Source: an uncultured archaeon
Lineage (GTDB): Archaea; Thermoplasmatota; Penumbrarchaeia; JASLWR01
Direction of reading: 5' to 3'
Assembly: GCA_964430885.1 (NCBI GenBank)
Contig: CAYSHM010000005.1
Span: forward strand, 32,001-96,000
DNA: 64,000 bases
Below are positions 1-9,700 of the stretch, piece by piece. Each line of letters starts with the position of its first letter. Within the stretch, counting starts at the first letter, position 1. The notes under the pieces are model-generated. The model was given only the letters and a program-made list of their open reading frames with translations. It made no database searches and was not told where the DNA came from. The position numbers and the translations under genes are program-made.

Positions 1-783
1 AACATTACAATTCCAAACATATATGAGCTCCAGGTCGATTTCAGCTCTGACAAGGATGGATTGGACCTATCAAAATCATCCTCTATAAAATATACTATCA
101 CCGTTAATAACACTTCAAACCGGAATATCACTGTGATACTTGAGGACATAGGAGAATTAAAGGGATTCAAGATAACCATTCAGCCTAAGGAACTGACGCA
201 TAAACTTGACATTTCCGAAGGGGGAGAATTCACCATATTGATCAGTTCAACTCCATCCAGTGAAATTAAGAATATCGATTTGTCATTGAAGGTTAGGGTA
301 TTGGAAAATGGAAAAACCTACTCAGAGGATGAAACACTTAAGGTGACCCGAAGTATAATTACCAACGGGGATGACGATGATGATGATTCTGACAGTGGTG
401 AAGGAAAAGGAGGATTAATGTCATCATGGATCATCTGGGCAGTAGCTGGAGCGATCTTGCTTTTCATCATCTGCTTGGTTGTTGTATTGGTTATCAAGAA
501 GGGAAAAAAGAAGGACGAGGAACTTCTTCTAGATGATGAAATTGATGACCCTGGTTCATCGGAGGAAGCAACTGAGACTGAGGAGGTGGAGGTGGCCGAA
601 GTGGAGATTGCCCCTGACACCCTGGAGATTAAAGAAAACGACGATACTCTCCACGAGGACTTTGCTTCAGAAGAAAATAATATGGTAAAGGCTTCAGATG
701 ATGAAATAATTGACCAGAAAGAAAATATTTCAGGAAAAGAAGTATCAATACCAAAGCCCAAACCCCCAAAACCCCCTGAATAG
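1..783 (+). CDS. 3' end of a large membrane-anchored surface protein (starts before the window)
   Basis: Frame is open from the window edge. Ig-like beta-rich segment, D-rich linker, TM helix (WIIWAVAGAILLFIICLVVVLVI), KKGKKK stop-transfer, and an acidic tail ending PKPKPPKPPE. Confidence 0.8.
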   Translation, partial: NITIPNIYELQVDFSSDKDGLDLSKSSSIKYTITVNNTSNRNITVILEDIGELKGFKITIQPKELTHKLDISEGGEFTILISSTPSSEIKNIDLSLKVRVLENGKTYSEDETLKVTRSIITNGDDDDDDSDSGEGKGGLMSSWIIWAVAGAILLFIICLVVVLVIKKGKKKDEELLLDDEIDDPGSSEEATETEEVEVAEVEIAPDTLEIKENDDTLHEDFASEENNMVKASDDEIIDQKENISGKEVSIPKPKPPKPPE

Positions 784-1066
784 AAAATCATCGATTACCT
801 TACAATTCAATCATCTAATTATCATTTCATCAAGCATTTTGCTTTCTTATCAGCCCAAGGAATCCTGAAAAAGTCATAATTGAGCAGTTCTTAAATCTTT
901 AGATAGATAATCCTTTAGGGTTATTCCATACCGCAACAAATTAACGACCATCTAAATTTATTCCTGAAATAATCCGAGGAAATAATTTCGGAATAATATA
1001 CTCAATATTTGATTGCATTTTAAATATTATAAGTGTGATAGAAAATAACTTGTGGAGTGAACATTC

Positions 1067-1996
1067 ATGCTGAACACCGCAACAAAGATAACCCTGGGCA
1101 GATTGATATTGGTTTTCCCTGTCCTCTTCCTGTTGTGGTTCCCGTCATACCGTATAATTGCCATAGTTCTATTTGTGGTCCTTTCCTTGATGGATGCCCT
1201 TGATGGTTATGTTGCCAGAAAGATGGACCAAGTTACCAGGATAGGTACCATACTGGATCCTGTGGCCGATAAACTGACAATTCTCGGTCTTCTGATAATC
1301 CTTCCTCTGATCTATCCTTACTTCCCGATATGGTTCTCATTGATAATTATCGGTAGGGATATAGTCATTGTTTTTGGATGGACAGTGCATTATTATCTTA
1401 CAGGTAATGCAATTATGATCCCCAGCAGATTAGGGAAGATCACCATGTTCATCCAATATACGACCATCAGTGTTGCCGTATTGATGGTTACCCTTTATGC
1501 CTATGATATAGATCCTTTGAGCAACAAGGTTTGGCTGGCTAATTTCATTCTGCTTGCAGTATCGTTCCTTACAATATTTACTTCCGTGGATTACATGTTC
1601 GCCCTTATTCATCATGGTTTTAAAAGTCACCCTGGAACTGTATCTCCAATGGACCTCGTAAAGGATAGGAGGGACCTGAGAAGAGCCAAGAAACGAAAAC
1701 CAATGGCGAGAAGAAGAATAATGAAGCATGTATACAAAAAGCGGAAGGAAGCGAAAGACCTTCCTCTGTATAAAGCTATCCTAATTGAGAATTTCCCAAA
1801 AAGACGTGTATGTCAGATATGCCAGGGAACTATGAGAAAGACCAGCGTTCTCAGATGCAGATGCGGCAGGTTTTTCCATAATGAATGTATTCAGAAGACT
1901 ATTGGGGAATGCCCCAGATGCGGAACCGTCATGCACCTTGATAAAAAAAGAATACCCAAAGAAGACATAATAAAAGGTCTGCTTAGAACTAGCTAA
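1067..1996 (+). CDS. CDP-alcohol phosphatidyltransferase (PgsA-like) fused to a C-terminal RING-like zinc finger
   Basis: CDP-OH transferase signature DALDGYVARKMDQVTRIGTILDPVADK and about 6 TM helices. C-terminus CQIC-x11-CRCGRFFHNEC-x7-CPRC. Confidence 0.85.
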   Translation: MLNTATKITLGRLILVFPVLFLLWFPSYRIIAIVLFVVLSLMDALDGYVARKMDQVTRIGTILDPVADKLTILGLLIILPLIYPYFPIWFSLIIIGRDIVIVFGWTVHYYLTGNAIMIPSRLGKITMFIQYTTISVAVLMVTLYAYDIDPLSNKVWLANFILLAVSFLTIFTSVDYMFALIHHGFKSHPGTVSPMDLVKDRRDLRRAKKRKPMARRRIMKHVYKKRKEAKDLPLYKAILIENFPKRRVCQICQGTMRKTSVLRCRCGRFFHNECIQKTIGECPRCGTVMHLDKKRIPKEDIIKGLLRTS

Positions 1997-2074
1997 ATAT
2001 TACAATAAGTCATCAGAATAAATATCCACATCTCCAATAGTAATTCAATTAACACAGAAAACGAGAAATATCTA

Positions 2075-5000
2075 TCAAGGCTGGGTCCTATCATTGCCGT
2101 ATATAGAATATCGGGTCCTCTCCCCGGATTTATTAATTTCTAATCCTTCATCCGGTTCTGAGTGATCTTTGGTGTTCTTTGTTTTTTGAAAACTGTCATC
2201 CCTGTTTGAAGAGTACATACCGAAATCGCTTCTTTTTCTTCTCCGCACATATAAGACAGCTAGAATCACACACAGAATCAGTACTAAAGCACAGGATATT
2301 ATCAATAACCAAAATGTCGATTCCACAAACCTTCCGGTCCTTCCATCAAGAAGGTTTTCAAGATCATCATCCAATTCACCCGGGGCGGAAGTGTTTTTAT
2401 TATCATTATCGGACCCAGGCAGCACTACAATATCCCTTATTAAACCGTATTCAAATCCTACAAATCCAAGAAGGGCCATCACTTTAAATTCGCCTGAATC
2501 TATTGGGGTGAAGTTCCAGTTAGCACCACCTTCAAAAGCATAATTAAACCTGCCCGTATCCGAAGCAATCAGGAACCATTTAACATATTGAGGTTTGGGA
2601 AAAGTACCATTGCAGTGAAGTTCAACTCGAACCTGACTACGCTTAGGTACTATACTGCCTGGTTTCAAGCTAAGATACCATTTTTCGTCCCATTCTTCCT
2701 TTGATAAAATTGTAATGTTCCGCTGGAGAATAATATTGACATCTTCTTCTCCCAAGAGGCCGCTTATTATGACTGTAATGTTGTAATTATCCGGTTTTGC
2801 CAGAGATAAAGTTATCGAGCCCCCATAATATTCATTGACAGTAGCACCTAATCGAACCTTCCATGTGAAATTACATTCGGCGGAATCCAAGGCGGATAGA
2901 TCTGATCGATTTATTAACACCGCACTGCAGTTGAAGGATCTATCTTCCAGACCGTAAGAGGGGCTGAACATTTCACCAATAATCCCGGGTTCGGACTCTC
3001 CAATAACTTGGACCAAATATCGGGCTATAGAAATTCCAGGAGGGCGCCAATCAGTGCCTTGGTCTGTGACATTCAATTGAACCAAAAATGAACCCTTGAA
3101 AGGAAAGCTGTAAGATAGATTCTCATTTATAATTGGACCCGCAAAGAAACAATGTGCATAAAGCTCATGGAACTCCTCGTTAAACAGAGAGATGGAGCCT
3201 GAAACATTGAAGATCCACCATGTAAATAGGAGCTGGTTGGATTCAGCATCAGCAGCTTCGGGCTGACACTTATGTAGGTCACCTACCTTAATAGTAACAT
3301 TCTCCAATTCCAATATCTCCGGAGGGGAATTCTCTGGAGCCTCTTCTATCCTGAATGAGAAGGGGGGCGAGGGGATTTGGGTTCCATTTTCATCTGTAAC
3401 CTCAACCATCCATTCATACTCATGACCAGTCCATAGATATTCAGGGGAGATATAGTGAGAACATTCATGGACCACATTGGGGGGATTCAAAGCTGAATAT
3501 GTGAAGTTATCAGTGTGGATAGAGAACCATTCTGGAAATTCCGCATGTAGATCATACAGATAGATCTCAACATGAAGATCATCACCATCCGCTTCCTCTA
3601 AATTATAATCCAGCTGGATCCCCGTCTGAGATACTGTATAGGGAAGTACTGCATCAGTTAATGGCGATTCGAGTGTTACGGAAGGCGGATAATCCACATC
3701 CACACGGAAGGTCCTAATCTCTGATTGAACCTGAACCTGCTGTCCATCTTCCCTCACATCCCTTACTTCCAACCACCATTCATACCAATTGGCATCATCC
3801 AGAGGGCTGGAGATGGTCAAGTTCAGACTGTCAGCTATATGATCGTGATCGGGACCTATCAAAGGTATGGGCCCGCTATCTGCCGTAGAGCCGAGTTGCA
3901 TTTTTCTCCAGAACAAATTTCCCGTGATATTGTCCCCGTCATGATCTATAACATCAAACTCAAGGGCCGGTGTCAGATCCTGGAATTCTATCCCATCCGC
4001 TGTGAGGAGATCGGTTACCGGAGGCCTGTTGGACATTTCTGTAAGATTGTTCTTCACATAGATATTGCTGGATTCGCCGGTGTCGTTGTGCGATGAGAAG
4101 ACAAGCCAAGTGGTTCCGTCTGAACACGGCATGGTAGCAGGGGATGCGTCATCGTCCAGGGATTCGGTCAGTAGGCATCCATCATCCATCAACCTGCTGT
4201 TTCTTTCAGAATTCAATTGGGTGAAATAAATATCACCGTTGGATTTGCCATCGATAGTCCTATCTGAATAATAGAAAAGCCTCGCCGATCCGTTAATTTC
4301 ACCAAGGGCCGGATCCTGAGACCCATGCTTAGAATCAACCAACCTGGTCGGTGCTTTCCAATCGCTCCATCCGGGTGAAGATGTTCCGAAAACCTCTTTT
4401 TTTCCATTCGGACCTGTTGACTGTGCCCAGAGTATCCACAGCATGCCATCCTCGGTCTGATAGTTATATGTCCCGTCCACATGAGAAAGAGTATCGCTGA
4501 CCTTGGTGGGATCATTGAAGGATTGTCCGTTATTGACTGAATAACTGAAATAAACTCCATTATCTGCACCGTCCATTGAAAAAACGCACCAGAGGGTTCC
4601 GTACCTGGTGCGGTGAAGATTTGGGTCCATGTGATTTGAACCAGGGAAAAGGTCCGTGATCATCTGCTCTTCACCCCATGAAGCACCGCTGTCTGTCGAA
4701 AGCCTGTAGCATACCCGCCATTTATCGTTAATTTTTCCCTGGTATGAAAGGACCCAAGTTCCATCATTGGATTGGGTAAAGGTTGGCGAGGCAATCTCAT
4801 CAAGCTGAGCCGTGAGCAGCGTCTCCGGGGTGCTCCAATTCTGGCCTCTGTCTCCGCTGATAGTCATTAAGATACTGCTCTCACCTTGAGATCGTTCAAG
4901 CCAAACAAGACATATATCACCATTGTCCAATTCAGCAACATCCGGTTCCAGGCTGTCAGCTTCTGTTGGGAATACCTCGGTCAGCATATGATCCACAAGG

Positions 5001-5932
5001 GGCAGGTCCAAATCCGGTCTTTCCAAGCCGTAGTAATCGAATATCCCGAAGAACATTCCTCTCCCGGCTGACTCCTTGAAGCTATCCTGATGGAGAAGCT
5101 GGTTATCGTCGTAATTGTCATGAAAGGCCACTTCTACCAAACATCCCGGCATATTCGTTTCCCTGAGAACGCACAAAGAGAAACCACAAATATCCTCATC
5201 CTTCAGAACCCCCCGATCCTGTGTTCCGCATTCCGCCACAAGGGGAGGATGAATATCATTGGCCAAAGCAAGATCCGCCGAGGGTGAACCACCGCCTGTG
5301 CCCGTATCCTGGCCGCCCCATATGGTCATTGTCCCTCTGGCTGACCCACCTCCTGCATTTGTATGGATGGATATGAATATGTCCCCGTTGACCTGATTTG
5401 CATATTCAGGGCGGATTGTGAGATCCTGATTGAGAGAACCAAAGCCTGAATAGCCCATTGCACCTCTTAGGTGACACCAGGCTCCCTCCTGCCATTTCGG
5501 CTGTCCGGATATACCGATGCTTGCATTCTTGTCCAGTTCCCTGGTCACGTGCAAGTTAGCTCCTGTGTGTTTATCAAGATAATCAAAAAGATAGGATGCT
5601 ATTTCAACTGTGAGCTCATCCTCCACAAGACCCCAGCAGTCCGGACGCTGATATACCCAGGAATTCCCGTTGTAATAGAGACCATGCCCCGGATCAATGA
5701 CAATGTCAATTCCATCCAGTGGTAAAGCGCGAACACTACACAGAGCCGGCGGGGATCCAGAGTAGAGGACGTAGGCATCGGTATGTAAACCTTTTTGAGG
5801 GAATGACGATGCAAGAAAAAAGAAAATTAAGATTAAAGAAATAAGCAAGCTGAGAGGGCATTTGCATTCCTTGGGTGATCTAATGGGCCTTAATATATGA
5901 GATATGAAAGAAATAATGTATTTTCTCATCAA
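2075..5932 (-). CDS. Membrane-anchored N-acetylmuramoyl-L-alanine amidase (Amidase_3) with Asp-box/BNR propeller and Ig-like stalk
   Basis: Amidase_3 motifs IVIDPGHG, VEDELT, RPEYAN..DIFISIHTNA, DRGV, LCVLRETNMPGCLVEVAFHDN. Asp-boxes SGDRGQNWS, STDSGASWG, SVNNGQSFN. N-terminal hydrophobic signal and C-terminal TM followed by RRRKR. Confidence 0.88.
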   Translation of the reverse strand: MMRKYIISFISHILRPIRSPKECKCPLSLLISLILIFFFLASSFPQKGLHTDAYVLYSGSPPALCSVRALPLDGIDIVIDPGHGLYYNGNSWVYQRPDCWGLVEDELTVEIASYLFDYLDKHTGANLHVTRELDKNASIGISGQPKWQEGAWCHLRGAMGYSGFGSLNQDLTIRPEYANQVNGDIFISIHTNAGGGSARGTMTIWGGQDTGTGGGSPSADLALANDIHPPLVAECGTQDRGVLKDEDICGFSLCVLRETNMPGCLVEVAFHDNYDDNQLLHQDSFKESAGRGMFFGIFDYYGLERPDLDLPLVDHMLTEVFPTEADSLEPDVAELDNGDICLVWLERSQGESSILMTISGDRGQNWSTPETLLTAQLDEIASPTFTQSNDGTWVLSYQGKINDKWRVCYRLSTDSGASWGEEQMITDLFPGSNHMDPNLHRTRYGTLWCVFSMDGADNGVYFSYSVNNGQSFNDPTKVSDTLSHVDGTYNYQTEDGMLWILWAQSTGPNGKKEVFGTSSPGWSDWKAPTRLVDSKHGSQDPALGEINGSARLFYYSDRTIDGKSNGDIYFTQLNSERNSRLMDDGCLLTESLDDDASPATMPCSDGTTWLVFSSHNDTGESSNIYVKNNLTEMSNRPPVTDLLTADGIEFQDLTPALEFDVIDHDGDNITGNLFWRKMQLGSTADSGPIPLIGPDHDHIADSLNLTISSPLDDANWYEWWLEVRDVREDGQQVQVQSEIRTFRVDVDYPPSVTLESPLTDAVLPYTVSQTGIQLDYNLEEADGDDLHVEIYLYDLHAEFPEWFSIHTDNFTYSALNPPNVVHECSHYISPEYLWTGHEYEWMVEVTDENGTQIPSPPFSFRIEEAPENSPPEILELENVTIKVGDLHKCQPEAADAESNQLLFTWWIFNVSGSISLFNEEFHELYAHCFFAGPIINENLSYSFPFKGSFLVQLNVTDQGTDWRPPGISIARYLVQVIGESEPGIIGEMFSPSYGLEDRSFNCSAVLINRSDLSALDSAECNFTWKVRLGATVNEYYGGSITLSLAKPDNYNITVIISGLLGEEDVNIILQRNITILSKEEWDEKWYLSLKPGSIVPKRSQVRVELHCNGTFPKPQYVKWFLIASDTGRFNYAFEGGANWNFTPIDSGEFKVMALLGFVGFEYGLIRDIVVLPGSDNDNKNTSAPGELDDDLENLLDGRTGRFVESTFWLLIISCALVLILCVILAVLYVRRRKRSDFGMYSSNRDDSFQKTKNTKDHSEPDEGLEINKSGERTRYSIYGNDRTQP

Positions 5933-6038
5933 TATATTTCATCTCCAGGGGTTTTCAATTCACCGTCACATTATTCAATCCAAAAACCAATATTATCATT
6001 ATCGAATAAAAAAATATTGACCCTTGTTCTATATCTAT

Positions 6039-6566
6039 CTATAGGTCATTTTCAAACACAAACATTCCATTTTCAAGTCTTCGGCATTTTTTCCAGGGTA
6101 TCACACGAGCGTTCATAGCCACATATACTCCGGGCCTCATTGACCTAACAGCACCCACGGCCATACCCAGGTTGAAGGATGCTTCGCTTCCCTTGAAGCG
6201 CTCCGGTAGAAAGGAACCTGTTAGAATTATGGTTTTTTTCTCCAAACTGCTCAAAACCTGAGCTGTATCGAGAATGGAATCTGTACCATGGGTGATAATG
6301 AAATGATTAGATTCACTCTCATGGATGAAATCTCTAAGTTCGATCCGATCATCTAGGGTCATATCCAGGCTGTCCTTCTGGAACATCATAAAATATTGGA
6401 AGTATCCTGCCGGTGCATTCACCTTACCGAGTATTCTCTCAAAAGCCGGTTCGGTAATAAGGAATGAATAACCCCCTTTTTTCAATGGATAATCCTTATC
6501 TATTGACCCACCGGTTTGAATGAGAACTATCTTATCGATGTTTTTATTGAAATTGGTCCCGCACAT
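6039..6566 (-). CDS. Short asparaginase-domain protein (N-terminal asparaginase domain only)
   Basis: Motifs QTGGSIDKDY, KDSLDMT, ITHGTDS, ILTGS, ASFNLG. Start placed at the ATG after an AGGTGG RBS (the ORF track extends to 6599). Confidence 0.8.
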   Translation of the reverse strand: MCGTNFNKNIDKIVLIQTGGSIDKDYPLKKGGYSFLITEPAFERILGKVNAPAGYFQYFMMFQKDSLDMTLDDRIELRDFIHESESNHFIITHGTDSILDTAQVLSSLEKKTIILTGSFLPERFKGSEASFNLGMAVGAVRSMRPGVYVAMNARVIPWKKCRRLENGMFVFENDL

Positions 6567-6675
6567 GACAAACACCACCTGACACAATTTTAGATACAAA
6601 GAGGAATTATTATTTCAGCCTTAATAAAATATTGCCCTTGAAACCCTTATTTGACTATCTGATAAAGGCAGAAAT

Positions 6676-6688
6676 TCTATATATATGT
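6676..6688 (+). promoter_or_regulatory. Candidate TATA box in the divergent asparaginase / Rhs-operon intergenic region
   Basis: CTATATATATG preceded by purine-rich AAAAGGCAGAAA, about 55 bp upstream of the 6738 ATG. Position and composition only. Confidence 0.35.
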
Positions 6689-6737
6689 AGTTCTTTTCTA
6701 AAAAATACAATTTTTAAAAAATGCTGTTGGTGTTGAC

Positions 6738-9700
6738 ATGGCCAGTAAAAAAAAGCATCTGAAAAGATTTCTTAAAAGCAAGAAAAGCACGTTATTGAAA
6801 GCCTCGGTGATCCTAATCACTGTGATATTCCTTTCCCTATTGATCCCTGAAAAGGTCGGTATAAGGGAATACCAAAGCAAGATCATCAGGCATAGACCGG
6901 ATACCCGACTTGATGAAAGAACTGCAGAGGATCCTGGAAATGGAGGGATGCTACCCTATTTCCATTATGTGGACAGCAGTGTAAATACCGCAAACGGAAA
7001 CTTATTCATTTCTGAGAACGATATCTCTCGGCCCTCACTCCCCCAGGCATTGACTTTCAGCAGGTCCTACAATTCCATGAACTCCCTGTCAACTACATCG
7101 GTTGGTTACGGATGGACCCATTCTTACAATTCATATCTCATGCCGGAAGAAGGTATGGTCACCCTATTCAGGGAAGATGGGGCAGTGTTCAGTTTCAATG
7201 AGAACGGTACTGAATTCGATACTCCGCCTGGACTTGATGCCTTATTGACCAAGAACGGCACAAATTTTCTTCTGATGTACAAGAATGGAATGACCTTCAC
7301 CTATGACCGCAACGGCGTTCTGAGGAACCTTTACGATCGGAGCGGGAATAAACAGAACCTCAACTACAAGGACGATGTTCTAACACATGTCAAGGACATT
7401 AATGAACAGTCCCTTGAATTCAGCTATGACGCAAGTTCAAGGCTTATCAAGGTGAGCGACGGGACCAGAGATGTCACATTCGAGTACGACGGAGGGGGAC
7501 GGCTGATCAAGGCAACTGATGCATCGGGCAACTCTACAAATTACTACTACGGCCCTAACAACCAGCTGAAGGTAAGAGAGGATAGAAGGGGCAAAGCCGT
7601 TTATTATGAATATGACCAGGACAGCAGAGCCTATGAGATAGGTAAAGCAGAAGGCGATCTTCTCTTCAAATCCCAGACAAGCCATTATCTGAAATATTCA
7701 ATATCCTATGTCGAATCTGGGGCCGAATTGACCAATGCCATGGGACATGTATGGAATATCAATCTCGATACAGATGGCAGGATTTCAGGCATAACCGATC
7801 CTTTGGGATACGGCACCACAGTGACATTCGATGAGAATTGGAATGTTGATTCAGCAGAGGACCAGATGGGCAGTACCCAGCATTTCGAATACGATAATTA
7901 CAACAATATGGTCACCTGGACCGATCCCCTTGGTAATGCAAAGGCCTATACTTATGAAATGTTCACAGTGGATTTCTATTACTGCCCCCCTGCCACAATG
8001 ACCGACGAGAACGGCAAGACCTGGACCTACAGCTACAACTCCCAGGGCCGGCTTCTTGAAGATAAGGACCCAAGCGGCAATTCAACCCTGTACACATGGA
8101 CAGAAAACGGGCTTCTGGAGAGCATCACCTATCCTACCGGTGCCCGGACCGATTATGAATATGACAATTCAGGCAATCTTATCAGCACAGCAATGCCCAA
8201 CGGACTGTTGGTGGATTATTCCTACGATTCCCTTGGCAGAATGATCAAGCAGAAAAAGGGAAACCGGGTAACGACTCACTCATACGACCTGAACAATCGA
8301 CTTTACAGAACCAATTACCCTGACAACAGCTATGAGGTTTACGAATACGACGCCCTTGGCACAATTATCAAGAAGAGAGATCAGAACGGCGGGATCCATG
8401 AATATGACCACGGGGAGAAGGAGGTAATAATTGAAGAGGTTTTGAACGGAACGGAGATCTACAATGCCAGGGTGAACAAGATTGGAGATATTCAGAAGGA
8501 GCAGAACGCCAACGGGGACATCACCTCCTATTATTATGACCCAATGGGAAGACTGACCATGATAAAGTATCCTGATAAGACCTATGACAGTTTCAGCTAT
8601 GATGGTGCCGGCAGAATGACCTCGGCAAAGGACCAGATGGGTTTCACAACCACCTATGAGTACGATGCAATTGGGAGGCTGGAAACCGAGAGGAACCACC
8701 TGGGAAGCACTGTAACCTACAGCTATGATGCAGCAGGGCGCATGACCGGGTTCAATGATCTGAATGGAGGTCAGTGGACCTATGAATATGATGCAGTGGG
8801 CAATATGATCAAGGAAACCGACCCAGCTGGATACTCCCAGAACTATACCTATGACGCTGTGGGAAACCGCATCTCCCGGGAGGATAAGAACGGTAACATG
8901 TGGGAGATGGAGTATGACGGGATGAACCTTATGACCGAGATGAATCATCCAGACGGCGCTGTGGAAAGCTGGTCCTATGATCTATACGGTGATGTTACTG
9001 AGCATGTGGATGCCGATGGAGAGAGATGGGAATTCGAGTACGACAGCATGGGCAACATGATCAAGGAAATAGACCCCCTGGGCAATTTCAAGGGCTACAG
9101 CTATGACAGGCTGGGAAATATGCTGTCCTACAGGGATGAGAGAGGAAACAGAATAAGATACCAATATGATGATCTCGGAAACATGATTTCAATAACCGAT
9201 CCCCTTGGACGAATCACCGAATACGAGTACGACGGGGAGGGAAACATCATCGAGATGGAAAGGCCCGACGGGGAGGAGTTCACCTTCACATACGACAGTT
9301 TCGGAAGGGTTCTTTCACAGAAAACCCCCTGGAGAACCCTGAGTTACGGATATGATGCAGGAGGAAACCTCATCTCAAAAACCGATCCCTGCGGGAATGC
9401 GGTAAGAATGGAATATGATCACAACGGATTGATCCTGAAATACACCGACGAGGAGGGGTATTCAAGCAATTACAGATATGATTCCGACGGAAATCTCATT
9501 AGGTATGATGACCGCAAGGAAGGCATTCACTGGTGGGAATACACAAGGGATGCAGTGGGCAGGGTTACCATGGTGGAGGATCCTGCCGGGAACAGCTGGA
9601 GATACAGCTATGACGGCGAAGGCAATATAGTAAGGATAGTGGATGCAGCGGGCAATCCTGCCAGCTACAGCTATGACCATATGGGGAATATCCTATCGCA

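Noticed and set aside
955-1000. Imperfect inverted repeat and GAAATAAT repeats upstream of the PgsA-like gene
   Set aside because: AT-rich and imperfect, so not distinguishable from chance without comparative data.
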